From Elusimicrobiota bacterium (lineage in GTDB: Bacteria; Elusimicrobiota; Elusimicrobia; 2-01-FULL-59-12), in assembly GCA_038208955.1 (NCBI GenBank), contig JBBQYF010000003.1, forward strand, positions 1-36,726: a stretch of 36,726 nucleotides of DNA, written 5' to 3'. Made by a program: the position numbers and the translations under genes. The notes under the pieces are model-generated. The model had not been told where the DNA came from. It did no database searches and saw only the letters and a program-made list of their open reading frames with translations. This document shows, piece by piece, positions 1-9,231 of the stretch; position 1 is the first letter of the stretch, and each line of letters opens with the position of its first letter.

Positions 1-379
1 CACTATAGATGGGCCAGGTAATTTTCATTTCGCCATTTTTTTCATGCTTGCGGTCGACGGTGATTTTTTTAAACCAGTCCGGTAAGAATTTTGGGGCGTC
101 CTTCGTATAAATGGGACGCCCGGACGCGCCTTCGGGATAGCGCTTAATGGTCAGCGCGCGGTCCTTAATATGGGGAAGAATAACGGGTGCGATGAGACTG
201 TAATACTCGAGAATATCGCGTTTACGAAAACCCGATTTGGGATAAAGCACTTTGTCGGGATGCGTTAAGTGTACGGCGTGACCCTCAATTTGGACGTCGA
301 CGGCCGTGGTGCCGCGGGGCAGAATCTGATCAAATGGATGGGGGGATGAACGAGCAACCTTGCGTTTCATTTGTTCCAT
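1..379 (-). CDS. ligD: NHEJ DNA ligase D polymerase (primase-like Pol) domain protein, partial (runs off the window edge)
   Basis: Not in the ORF track; translated by hand from ATG 379: MEQMKRK...VQIEGHAVHLTHPDKVLYPKSGFRKRDILEYYSLIAPVILPHIKDRALTIKRYPEGASGRPIYTKDAPKFLPDWF. This matches the LigD Pol N-terminal motifs (LTHPDKVL, KxDLxxYY, LPHLxDRPLTLxRYPxG, PDW). GAGG lies 6 nt upstream; ATG 370 is an alternative start. Confidence 0.88.
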   Translation of the reverse strand, partial: MEQMKRKVARSSPHPFDQILPRGTTAVDVQIEGHAVHLTHPDKVLYPKSGFRKRDILEYYSLIAPVILPHIKDRALTIKRYPEGASGRPIYTKDAPKFLPDWFKKITVDRKHEKNGEMKITWPIYS

Positions 380-491
380 TAGAGGCCTCGGTCGACGGGC
401 GAGTTACAACGACCTCGGCACTACGGGCGTAACGCGCTAACATAAATCGTTCACCCGCCGAGTCAGCCGGGCAGCGACTACGCAATACCCC

Positions 492-520
492 TTGACATTC
501 CTTAAGACCGCTGCTATCCC
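492..520 (+). promoter_or_regulatory. Putative sigma70 promoter for the surface-protein operon
   Basis: Perfect TTGACA (492-497), 17-nt spacer ending in TGc, and a weak -10 TATCCC (515-520). Confidence 0.4.
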
Positions 521-612
521 TGCCCTTGATGTCAACCATTGTTAATCGGCCGTCGCCCCTCTCATCCGTTCGGCAATCACCCGCTCTTCTCATTCGCTCC
601 TGGAGGCATGAC

Positions 613-3600
613 ATGAAATCTTCATCACAACAATCCGCCCGCCAACTCGAAAAGATTTTCCGGCTTTCGCTGCTGGCCAGTTTTGCGCTCGTTACAAGCG
701 CGCATGCGGCTTCCTTTACGGTGACCGTCAACGGGGCGGGTTGCGCGGCGAACGCTCAAGTGGTGGCGGTGGTGCAAGGGTCACAAGGACCGGATTCAAC
801 GAAGAGCGTCGTTACGACAGCCGACGGTAGTGGGATAGCGACTTTTTCGGGATTGACGACCAGCGATGCTTATCAGTTCATGGCTGCCAATGCCGGCTGT
901 ACGCCTTCGATGCGGGACCAGTCGATGTCTCCAAGCAATGGACCTCAGTCGATTACGGACGGCGGAACCAAAGCGATTTCATTAACGAGCGGAAATTCCG
1001 ATGCGACCGTGAATATGACGGTCAAGTTGCCGGCCGGCGGAAGTTTTCCAAAACTCGTGACCGGAAGTTGTAATGTGGCGTCCAACAATGTGCAAGCAAG
1101 CTTCGGCATTAGCTCTTTTGCCGGCCAAACCGGAACCTTAACTTTTTACAACCTGCGTCCCGGACCCGCCAATACCTATAACTGCAACGTTTTTTCAGCG
1201 GAGGATAACCGCGGCAGCGGAGCACCTGTGAACACCACGCTCACGCCGACCCAAAATTTTACGATTCCCGGCACCATCGATTTAACGCAAAGCTTCGCGC
1301 CTCCGCCGTCGACCGAAAACCAAGGATCTCGCGACGGCAGCAATATTGGATTCCCAAACCTCTCGGTCTTCCTTAAGAATGGCGTCAACGCCGCCGTTCC
1401 GATGGCGCAACTTCGTCTGAAAACGTCCCCCACTGGCAATCCCGTTCAATATACGCAATCCGACATGAATGGCGTGGCCAACTTTTACGGTTTGGACCAG
1501 AACACCACCACTTTCTTCTTAGACGTCACGGCCCCGGCCCTCCAGGGATTCGTGAATCTCGAATTTTCGACCCCGAGTTGGACCACGACATACAGCACCG
1601 CCATCACGCTCGGCGCTCTGACGCATCCCGGAACCATTTCGGGTTCTGTGCGGATGAACGGAGCGGCGCTGCCCGGCGTTTGGATGAACTGCAATCCCGA
1701 TTTTAGCCCCTACCCCGGCTCCGACACCTTCGGGGGCGATATCCCGAACCCTGGCGCTGGAAATGTCGGAGGACAACTCTCTACAGGAACTTTCAACTTC
1801 CATGATCTTACACCTGGGAATTACAATTGCTCGGTCAACTCTCCCTTTTCGCAATCCGGGACTGTCGTGACTGATGGTGCGGACGGTACCCACAGCACCA
1901 CCGATGATATTCGCTTAACGATCGATAACCTCGGAATTTTCAAGGTTTACAACGCAGTGTCGGGCGTCCTCATTAGCTCCAACACGCCGATTGTTGTTTC
2001 GATTCCCGTGAACGCCGGTGCCGATGGAACCATTTCCGGAACTTTAACCTTCCCCGACGAGGCCGATCTCAGCCTCAATCCGGTGACGATCCTAGCCTAT
2101 GGGCAATCGACTCCGGGCGATAATACGCCACCCAACGGCGGCGTTACGGTCTCGACCGGCATAGGCCAAACGCAGCTGTACACATTGAAAGTTCCGTCGG
2201 GCCACACCTACTTCATTCAAGCGCAAGGTATTACGTATGGGCCGGTTAATTTAAATGATTCTCCGACCGCCGATTTAACGTTAAAAACGTCGGCATCAAA
2301 CTTGAATTTCACCATGGCGAAAGCAGGTTCGATCGAAGTTACGCTCGCGACGTCGAACGGCTCGCGCTGGCTCCCGGTGACGCAGCCGCCACTGGGCGCC
2401 GGATCTGACTGGTTTCAAACGGGTTACTGCGGCGCCAGTGTGAATGCGAACGGACAAAGTGTCCGGTCGTGGAATCAGGGATCGCCCGATCAAAGCGGCG
2501 TCGTCAACATTCCGGGTTTACCGGCGGGCAGTTACAACCTGCAATTTCAAGCCAACGGCGGCGGATGCACGGTAACGAACACCGTCCTTAATAACGTCGT
2601 TGTCGGGATTGGGCAAACCACCAAAGTAACCTTGACCGTCCAGAACGGAGTCGGCGTGGACGTCCACACGGGCGCATTGCCGGCAGGCACCGTCGTTGTC
2701 GATACAAGCCATGGCAGCGGGCACACCGACGGGCTCTTGCTCGCCACCGTTGTGGCCTATCCCCGCGGTACGTCGTTGACGCTCGACACCCTGCAGTCAC
2801 TGGGCAATCCCGAGAACAATCAAGATCCCAATCTGCAACTTTCCCTTGATAAAAGTTCTTTCAATAATGTCCTGAACGTTGCGTCCGTCGGGTTTATTCC
2901 GGGCAACGTGGGTGGCGGCCAATTTTCCGCTCCCAAAGTAACGCCCGGAGAATTGACCTTTTACCTCTTCGCTTCACAAAAAGGCGGGCCGGAGTTTCAT
3001 ACGTTGCTCGGCAAGGCCAATGCCGTCGTCGACGCGGCGCATGCCGATGTCTTCAGTACGGTGTTCGGCAGCAGCGCCGTGCCGGTTAATATCGCCAGTA
3101 GTTTTGGTAGCGCGACGATCACTGGAAAAGTGAACGGCAGCCACATCATGACCAAAGATGACTTTGTGGCGGCGGGCGGCGATGAAAATAAAGTGTTTAG
3201 CCATATTCCGATATGCGCGATCTACGACCAGAATGCCAGCCTGCTGGGCTTTGGCACGGCGATACCGCCGAACTTGACGCAAGCGCAGAAGGACGCGGTA
3301 GATTCGTCCTTTGCCGCCAACGATGCCGACGGATTCCTGGCCGCGTTAAACAACATTCAGTTCAGCTACACCGTCGCGTTTCTCCCGTCGGGCAACTACA
3401 ACCTGGCTTGCACGACTCCCAATTACCCGCCCGTGTTGTCCAATGTCACCTTGACCGACAACCAAACCATCACGCTTGATGTCGACTTCGATAAAAGCGC
3501 CGGTGCAGGCGGAACAATCTCGGGTACGGTCGCGGACTCGGGCGGGGTTAAACTCGCTGGAGCCACGGTTACAATTCGGACCAAAACGCTGACGAAAACC

Positions 3601-5265
3601 CAAACGACCGATTCGACGGGCGCCTACGCCTTTCCGAATTTGGCCGACGGCATCTATCGCATGGAAGCCGCCGTTCCCGGATTTGCCAGCGCGACCGACA
3701 AGTCGATTATTGAAAATGGCACGCCCGCGACGGTGAACTTCGCCCTCGTCAGCGCGCCGGGCTCAATTACCGGAACGGTTTACGCCTCGGTCTTCCCCAG
3801 CAAAGTAGCCGCCGGTGGGGCCGATGTGTACGCTTACGACGACACAGTCAATGCCGCGCGGCTCGGGCCCGATGCTCCGCACTGGACAACCCAAACGGAT
3901 GCCAACGGGGTTTATACGTTGCCCAACCCCGCACCGGGGGATGTGATTAAGATCTTTGCAACAACCGATGGGAAATATCCTGCCGGCACACAAGTCACCG
4001 CCACGGCCTCAGTCGTGACGGCGCCGGATCTCAGCTTAAGCGCCATTCCGCCGACGCCGACGGTTCTTTATAAGCCGCTTGGGGGCGCGACGATCGACCT
4101 GACCGTCCGCGTGCCGAAGGTTCTGGCATTTGCTCCGACGCTCGCCTGCAGCGCGGGGGCGACTTACACGGATACCGGTGCCACTCCTTACACGCTAGTC
4201 TCAGCCCCAAATAATGTTTACGAAGCCTCAGTCATCACCATGCCGGCCACGGTCAGCACCTGCCGGTTAATTACCGACGACGGCGACAAGGCCCAAACGA
4301 TCGACACCTTGGTGAACTTGACGACAGTTAAAGAACAGTCGAATAGCACGATTCGTAATGAAGCCTTCGGCGGTAGCGTCGAAAGTGATACCGATAATCA
4401 AGGCGCATCGATTGACTTCCCTATGGGATCGATCGTTACGGCCTCAGGAACATTGCCCACGGTGCAAATCGTGCGGGATGCGTCCTTATCGGTCTCCGCC
4501 GCCGTAACTCAAACGACGATCATGAGCGACTCCTTCGAACTCGCGAGCGATGCCAATCTACAGCTCGGAAATGGAAAGTCTTTAGATATTACTCTGCCCG
4601 TTAGCCGGACGACGTTGCCCGATCCGAAATCATTGCGCCTGGCACAAATCATCAACGGACAAATTGTTCCCGTGCCCGGCGAAGGTTTCTATGACGCTCT
4701 TACCGGCCGCTTCACAGTCTCGGTCAACAGTCTCGGGAATGCTCCGGCCGCAAGTTCCATTCGAATGGCCAGCGCGAGCCCGTCTCTCAAAGGCTTGGCT
4801 CCTTACAAGAGTCACAGCTACGGCTTCGATGTTGCCCGCGCGGCTTCGCAAAGTGGAAGCTTTGTCCTGGTCGGCGTCAGGACAGCGACGCCGCCGGGTC
4901 CGACGAATGCCGCCTATGGGGGGGCCACGCTCGGAGCGTTCAACTTCCCAAATCCGTTTAACTTGAAATCGAAGACCATTGGTCTGCTCGATGGATCATC
5001 GATGACGACCGACGGAACGATCCTGCACTATGACTTGCCGGCCGCGAATGCCGGACACGTGATTATCCGAGTCTTTTCAGTGTCGGGTGAGCTCGTACGA
5101 GTCATTGACGAAGGAGTCAAAGCCGGCGGTATCACTTACTACACGGCATGGGATGGCAAGAACATGAACGGTGCCGACGTGGCGACTGGCGTGTACTTTG
5201 CCGTGTTCGACGTGCCCGGTCTAAAGCCTAAACAGCATGTCGTCAAAATGGCGGTGCTGAAATGA
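613..5265 (+). CDS. Large secreted surface protein (1550 aa) with carboxypeptidase-regulatory-like/Ig beta repeats and a C-terminal FlgD-Ig/T9SS type-A sorting-like domain
   Basis: GGAGG at 602-606 precedes ATG 613. Sec signal ends ...LVTSAHA. Repeated GTISG(S/T)V/GSITGTV strands. C-terminus reads FNFPNPFN...IRVFSVSGELVRVI...WDGKNMNGADVATGVYF...KMAVLK. Confidence 0.8.
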   Translation: MKSSSQQSARQLEKIFRLSLLASFALVTSAHAASFTVTVNGAGCAANAQVVAVVQGSQGPDSTKSVVTTADGSGIATFSGLTTSDAYQFMAANAGCTPSMRDQSMSPSNGPQSITDGGTKAISLTSGNSDATVNMTVKLPAGGSFPKLVTGSCNVASNNVQASFGISSFAGQTGTLTFYNLRPGPANTYNCNVFSAEDNRGSGAPVNTTLTPTQNFTIPGTIDLTQSFAPPPSTENQGSRDGSNIGFPNLSVFLKNGVNAAVPMAQLRLKTSPTGNPVQYTQSDMNGVANFYGLDQNTTTFFLDVTAPALQGFVNLEFSTPSWTTTYSTAITLGALTHPGTISGSVRMNGAALPGVWMNCNPDFSPYPGSDTFGGDIPNPGAGNVGGQLSTGTFNFHDLTPGNYNCSVNSPFSQSGTVVTDGADGTHSTTDDIRLTIDNLGIFKVYNAVSGVLISSNTPIVVSIPVNAGADGTISGTLTFPDEADLSLNPVTILAYGQSTPGDNTPPNGGVTVSTGIGQTQLYTLKVPSGHTYFIQAQGITYGPVNLNDSPTADLTLKTSASNLNFTMAKAGSIEVTLATSNGSRWLPVTQPPLGAGSDWFQTGYCGASVNANGQSVRSWNQGSPDQSGVVNIPGLPAGSYNLQFQANGGGCTVTNTVLNNVVVGIGQTTKVTLTVQNGVGVDVHTGALPAGTVVVDTSHGSGHTDGLLLATVVAYPRGTSLTLDTLQSLGNPENNQDPNLQLSLDKSSFNNVLNVASVGFIPGNVGGGQFSAPKVTPGELTFYLFASQKGGPEFHTLLGKANAVVDAAHADVFSTVFGSSAVPVNIASSFGSATITGKVNGSHIMTKDDFVAAGGDENKVFSHIPICAIYDQNASLLGFGTAIPPNLTQAQKDAVDSSFAANDADGFLAALNNIQFSYTVAFLPSGNYNLACTTPNYPPVLSNVTLTDNQTITLDVDFDKSAGAGGTISGTVADSGGVKLAGATVTIRTKTLTKTQTTDSTGAYAFPNLADGIYRMEAAVPGFASATDKSIIENGTPATVNFALVSAPGSITGTVYASVFPSKVAAGGADVYAYDDTVNAARLGPDAPHWTTQTDANGVYTLPNPAPGDVIKIFATTDGKYPAGTQVTATASVVTAPDLSLSAIPPTPTVLYKPLGGATIDLTVRVPKVLAFAPTLACSAGATYTDTGATPYTLVSAPNNVYEASVITMPATVSTCRLITDDGDKAQTIDTLVNLTTVKEQSNSTIRNEAFGGSVESDTDNQGASIDFPMGSIVTASGTLPTVQIVRDASLSVSAAVTQTTIMSDSFELASDANLQLGNGKSLDITLPVSRTTLPDPKSLRLAQIINGQIVPVPGEGFYDALTGRFTVSVNSLGNAPAASSIRMASASPSLKGLAPYKSHSYGFDVARAASQSGSFVLVGVRTATPPGPTNAAYGGATLGAFNFPNPFNLKSKTIGLLDGSSMTTDGTILHYDLPAANAGHVIIRVFSVSGELVRVIDEGVKAGGITYYTAWDGKNMNGADVATGVYFAVFDVPGLKPKQHVVKMAVLK

Positions 5266-6296
5266 GCGCCATCATGAGGATCCAGGAAAAGACCATGAGA
5301 ATATTTAATCGGCAATCCAATCGGATCGAAAGTCTCTTGAAGAGTGCCTGCCCGGTCGTCTTGGCCATGAGCTTACCGCTCACGGCTTGGGCGGGGAACG
5401 GTTCCGGAACGACTGGGGCTCAGTTCCTCGAAATCGGCGTCGGCGCGCGCGAGCTCGCCATGGGCAGCGCCGGTGTGGCGCTTGTCGACGATGCACATGC
5501 GATGTACTGGAATCCGGCGGGCGCCGCGACGATTGCGACTCCGCGTTTGGACGCTTCCTATAACAATCTTTACCAGGATACGAACCAGGGGTTTGTCGGG
5601 TTTGCATTGCCGGCGAGGGGGGGCGTGTGGAGTGCGGGGGCGGATTACTTGCAAGTGCCCAGCATTGAGCGGCGGCTCGGCGATTATTACACGCCGGACT
5701 ACACCTTTACGTCCAAGGATTCCGCGCTCATGCTCTCGTACGCCCGTCCAAATACGTTTCTTCCTGGACTGGCGCTCGGTGCCAACGTGAAATTGGTCCA
5801 GAGTTATTTGGATAGCGCGAGCGCTCATGCCTTCGCTGTAGACTTCGGAGCGCTCTACCGCGCCGTGGAAAAACCCTGGTCGCTCGGCTTCTCGCTCGCC
5901 AACCTGGGAACAGGCCTAAAATACGTGGATGCCACCGAACCACTTCCCTTGGGAGTCAGGTTTGGGGGAAGCTACGGGCTCTTTGAGCACCGCCTGGTCC
6001 TCGCGGCAAGCGTCGATTCCTGGTTGCGCGATGCGCGGACGTATGAAGACGTGGGTGTCGAGTACAAACCCGTCTCATGGACGGCCCTGCGCGTCGGTTA
6101 CCAAGCGGGACATGCCCAGGATCAATTGGGCAGCAGCCTCGTCGGGTTCAGCACTGGGGTCGGTTTCCAATTCTGGGGATTGAATGTCGATTACGTATTT
6201 ATCCCATACGGAGATCTCGGCACTACGCAGCGATTCACGGTAGGCTACCGTTTCGGCGACGCCGCCGCGCCGGACCTGCAAATGAAAAGCCACTAA
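5262..6296 (+). CDS. PorV/PorQ-like (UPF0164/FadL-superfamily) outer-membrane beta-barrel
   Basis: ATGA overlap with the upstream gene. Signal peptide ends LPLTAWA. Motif FLEIGVGARELAMG...AMYWNPAG, alternating beta strands, last strand GYRF. Alternative start at 5295. Confidence 0.82.
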   Translation: MSAIMRIQEKTMRIFNRQSNRIESLLKSACPVVLAMSLPLTAWAGNGSGTTGAQFLEIGVGARELAMGSAGVALVDDAHAMYWNPAGAATIATPRLDASYNNLYQDTNQGFVGFALPARGGVWSAGADYLQVPSIERRLGDYYTPDYTFTSKDSALMLSYARPNTFLPGLALGANVKLVQSYLDSASAHAFAVDFGALYRAVEKPWSLGFSLANLGTGLKYVDATEPLPLGVRFGGSYGLFEHRLVLAASVDSWLRDARTYEDVGVEYKPVSWTALRVGYQAGHAQDQLGSSLVGFSTGVGFQFWGLNVDYVFIPYGDLGTTQRFTVGYRFGDAAAPDLQMKSH

Positions 6297-6315
6297 CCAA
6301 CCTATACAAAGACGG

Positions 6316-6350
6316 AAAAAAGAGGAGCGCCTTCGGGCGCTCTTTTTTTT
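6316..6350 (+). terminator. Rho-independent terminator, possibly bidirectional
   Basis: Stem GAGCGCC (6325-6331), UUCG loop, GGCGCTC (6336-6342), followed by T8; an A6 run precedes the stem. Confidence 0.92.
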
Positions 6351-6477
6351 ATCCCAGGGGTCGCGGAAGGTGGACCAGGAACGAAACAATCCAAAGACCA
6401 AACTTTTCTTAGGTCTCGCGGCCCCTCATTTTAGGTCTATTCCAAGGGGGAGGGATTTGGCCATAATAAATGACATT

Positions 6478-8514
6478 ATGCGAGGCCTCCCGCTTTTATT
6501 ACAGAAATCTGTGACGCTGGCCCTCGTCCTTTGCTTGCCCTCCAATTTGATCGCGGCAGGATCCCGCGTCGCTTTCAATCCCGTTCCCATCGCGACCGCA
6601 AACATGAGCCTGTTTACTCCGCAAGCGCTGATGCTTGCCCCGGTATCATCGCTTGTTCCCTCGCTCGAAGGTCAGAGGCAGGCCGAGTGGGTACGCCGTC
6701 CCGCTACGACGGCAGCTTTACGCATGAACCTCCCGGAGGAACGATCTACCGGGCGGCACCGGTGGGTAAAACCGACTGTTTTAATGCTTCTCAGTGCAGC
6801 GGCGCTGGTTGGCCCCGCGGCCTTTATTCTTCATCAAACCTTACGCAAATCGTCGGACGATGTGCGCGCCCGCGCTTGGCCGATCAAAGCGCTTTTTGCT
6901 TTTTATGTTCGCTATATCGACCGCTACGTGCAGGTCGAAGGCCTGGATAATCTGCCCGTGAACGGTCCCTTTTACGTCGTCGTCAATCATGGGTATAAGT
7001 CGGGAGTTGATGTGTTCCTGCTGGCCCTGATGATTGCCGCGCGCGCGGGACGGGTACCTCGGATCCTAGTGACCGGTGATAAACGCCCGAGGACGGAAGA
7101 CTTTGAACGCCGTGGGCTCGAATACTTCGGAATCGCGGAACGCGTCGTATCGGCGAATCCCGCTTCCCTAACGCCGGCGCCGCAGAGCCAACGATTAACC
7201 GATCGAATGGTCTCCTACTTGCAAGAAAATCCCCGACATGTCTGGATCGTTTGTCCGAAGGGAAGCGCCACGGCCGATCCGGCGGAACAACTCAAGGACT
7301 GGCGCAAGGGAGTGGGCCATAGCGCCTTAAAAAGTGGATTTCCGATCATTCCTGTCGCGTTTGCCGGATTGTCGCTAGACTGGACACCGCACGACGTTCT
7401 TTCCTCGGGCTGGCATGCCGGAACGAAGCTAAAAACCCCTGCGCCATTTTCCGTGCGCATTAGAATTGGCACATCTGTAACTCCGAAAGGAACGGCGGAG
7501 GAGATCATGGCGGTGTTGAACTCCAATGTTAAAACGTTGATGCGCGGTATGCCCGGTCTTTTGCCTGAGAACGGCGAAGACACGCGGCTCAATCCTCCCG
7601 ACCATCAGCTGGTTCTACGAGACGGGCGAGTGCTCCGTTACCGCGATTACGGCTCAGGAACCCCAGTTTTTCATACCCACGCATTTCAGGGCTCTGCTCT
7701 CGAACGCTTTCCAGGACTTAATGAAATTTTACGGCGATTGCGTGTTCGGTTAATCGTTCCCGAGCGTCCTGGCATCGGCCAATCCACTCCGCAACGTGAC
7801 CGCACACTTGCTGACTGGCGTCTGGACTTCAAAGAACTTAAAACTGCGCTGCTCGGCCCCAGCGAGCGGTTTAGAATGGTTGGGTTTTCGGCCGGTGCTA
7901 CGTACGCCCTGGCCTGCGCCGATACGGAGGGCTTAGCGGCGCTGGCCTTAGTCAGCCCGATGGGTCTGCCGCGATCATGGAGCCATTGGCGGCACTATTC
8001 GAGAAGCACCCGGCTGCGGCTCGGCACGGCGCGTCTCAATTTGAAAAACACTCGAGATGCATTTGATCGCGAAGGCCGGAAAATCTTGTCCGACAGCGAT
8101 GCTTATTTCTCGGCCTACCTTCTTCATAGGCCGGACGACGATCGTAACACGCTGTCGGAGCTCGAAGCCGCGAGACTTTTTAGGGAAAATCGCCTGGAAG
8201 GATATGAGAAGGGCGGGGGCGCCGTATTCGCGGATCTGAAAGCTGTCCAAACGCCAATGCCTGTCTCACAGGAATCCATAAGGGCCTTGCATCCGCTGGT
8301 CTTTCACGGTTCAACGGATAGTGATGTTCCCATCCAAGTTGGAAAACTCCTCGCCGAATGGTCCGAAGGAATTTTTTTCCCCTATCCGAACCGCGCGCAC
8401 TATTTGATATTCACCGAGTTCGAGACGATCTTAAGGAAATTATTAATGGTGGATCATTCGGCAATGGCTCAAGGTTCCAAACACGGGCTCGTTTTACCAT
8501 TAATGGGAGCGTAA
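6478..8514 (+). CDS. Fusion of a PlsC/MGAT-like acyltransferase domain and an alpha/beta hydrolase, with a signal-like leader
   Basis: Acyltransferase blocks VEGLDNLP..GP..VVVNH..D, CPKG, ALKSGFPIIPVA. Hydrolase: DGRVLRY, PERPGIGQS, GFSAG nucleophile elbow, HGSTD, RAH. ATG 6478 is preferred because the GTG 6370 start lies just after the terminator. Confidence 0.75.
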   Translation: MRGLPLLLQKSVTLALVLCLPSNLIAAGSRVAFNPVPIATANMSLFTPQALMLAPVSSLVPSLEGQRQAEWVRRPATTAALRMNLPEERSTGRHRWVKPTVLMLLSAAALVGPAAFILHQTLRKSSDDVRARAWPIKALFAFYVRYIDRYVQVEGLDNLPVNGPFYVVVNHGYKSGVDVFLLALMIAARAGRVPRILVTGDKRPRTEDFERRGLEYFGIAERVVSANPASLTPAPQSQRLTDRMVSYLQENPRHVWIVCPKGSATADPAEQLKDWRKGVGHSALKSGFPIIPVAFAGLSLDWTPHDVLSSGWHAGTKLKTPAPFSVRIRIGTSVTPKGTAEEIMAVLNSNVKTLMRGMPGLLPENGEDTRLNPPDHQLVLRDGRVLRYRDYGSGTPVFHTHAFQGSALERFPGLNEILRRLRVRLIVPERPGIGQSTPQRDRTLADWRLDFKELKTALLGPSERFRMVGFSAGATYALACADTEGLAALALVSPMGLPRSWSHWRHYSRSTRLRLGTARLNLKNTRDAFDREGRKILSDSDAYFSAYLLHRPDDDRNTLSELEAARLFRENRLEGYEKGGGAVFADLKAVQTPMPVSQESIRALHPLVFHGSTDSDVPIQVGKLLAEWSEGIFFPYPNRAHYLIFTEFETILRKLLMVDHSAMAQGSKHGLVLPLMGA

Positions 8515-8598
8515 CGATTCATCCCGCCAAGGCATTATCGCGGCGATGTTACAGCCAGCGATACTGAGACAAGATTTTGAACGGGGAAATGTTTTTTC

Positions 8599-9231
8599 AT
8601 GTATGCTCAAGCCATGTCGGCGCAAACTCCAACAGTGCATCTGACGGCCTGTCACAGTTGCGATGCCTTGCTGCGGCTGCCGGCCGTTCAACACAGCACT
8701 TTCCACTGTCCTCGCTGTGATGCGGTCGTTTACCGCGCGGGTTTGGCCAAACGGGTAGACGACGCGCTGGCCTTAGGCCTGGCGGCGGCGGTTTTTTTTC
8801 TGTTGGCGAACAGCTTTCCAATTGTCGCGATTGAGTCGGGCGGGGATCGGTCGTTCGCGACATTGCCTGGCGCGTCGCTCGCGCTTTATAAGCAGGGGAT
8901 GAGCTTCGTGGCGTTCGTCGTGGCGATAACAACCTTGTTTATTCCGGCGATCGAACTAAGCTGCACGTTGGGAATGCTGTGGTTTGCCAAGTTTAAACGA
9001 AGCTTCTCGCTGACATTTTTATTCCGGTTGCGGAAGCGCTTGCGTCCGTGGAGCATGATTGAGATTTTCATGTTGGGCACCCTGGTTGCCATTGTAAAAT
9101 TGGGAAGTTGGGCGCACGTGTTGCTCGGTGTCGGCCTCTGGTCACTGGGTATTTTTATGGTCCTGCATGCCGCCACCTCGCACGCTTTTGAGGCGATTGA
9201 ATTTTGGAGCAAGGTTCAAACCGAGTCATGA
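8599..9231 (+). CDS. pqiA: Paraquat-inducible protein A family (first half-size copy)
   Basis: CHSC...CPRC zinc motif, TM helices, WSMIEIF..G.LVAIVKL signature. Confidence 0.88.
   Translation: MYAQAMSAQTPTVHLTACHSCDALLRLPAVQHSTFHCPRCDAVVYRAGLAKRVDDALALGLAAAVFFLLANSFPIVAIESGGDRSFATLPGASLALYKQGMSFVAFVVAITTLFIPAIELSCTLGMLWFAKFKRSFSLTFLFRLRKRLRPWSMIEIFMLGTLVAIVKLGSWAHVLLGVGLWSLGIFMVLHAATSHAFEAIEFWSKVQTES

Noticed and set aside
133-200. tRNA D-arm-like string TAGCGCTTAATGGTCAGCGC
   Set aside because: No pairing anticodon stem, no GTTCGA T-loop and no acceptor stem; it is the antisense of ligD coding sequence.
492-535. Inverted repeat TTGACAT...ATGTCAA as a divergent promoter or operator
   Set aside because: Only 7 bp with a 30-nt spacer, and no -10 box at the proper spacing on the minus strand.
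526-612. N-terminal extension of the surface protein from TTG 526
   Set aside because: The RBS and signal peptide position support ATG 613.
330-731. 133-aa minus-strand ORF
   Set aside because: Overlaps both the ligD start (different frame) and the surface-protein start; no recognisable motif.
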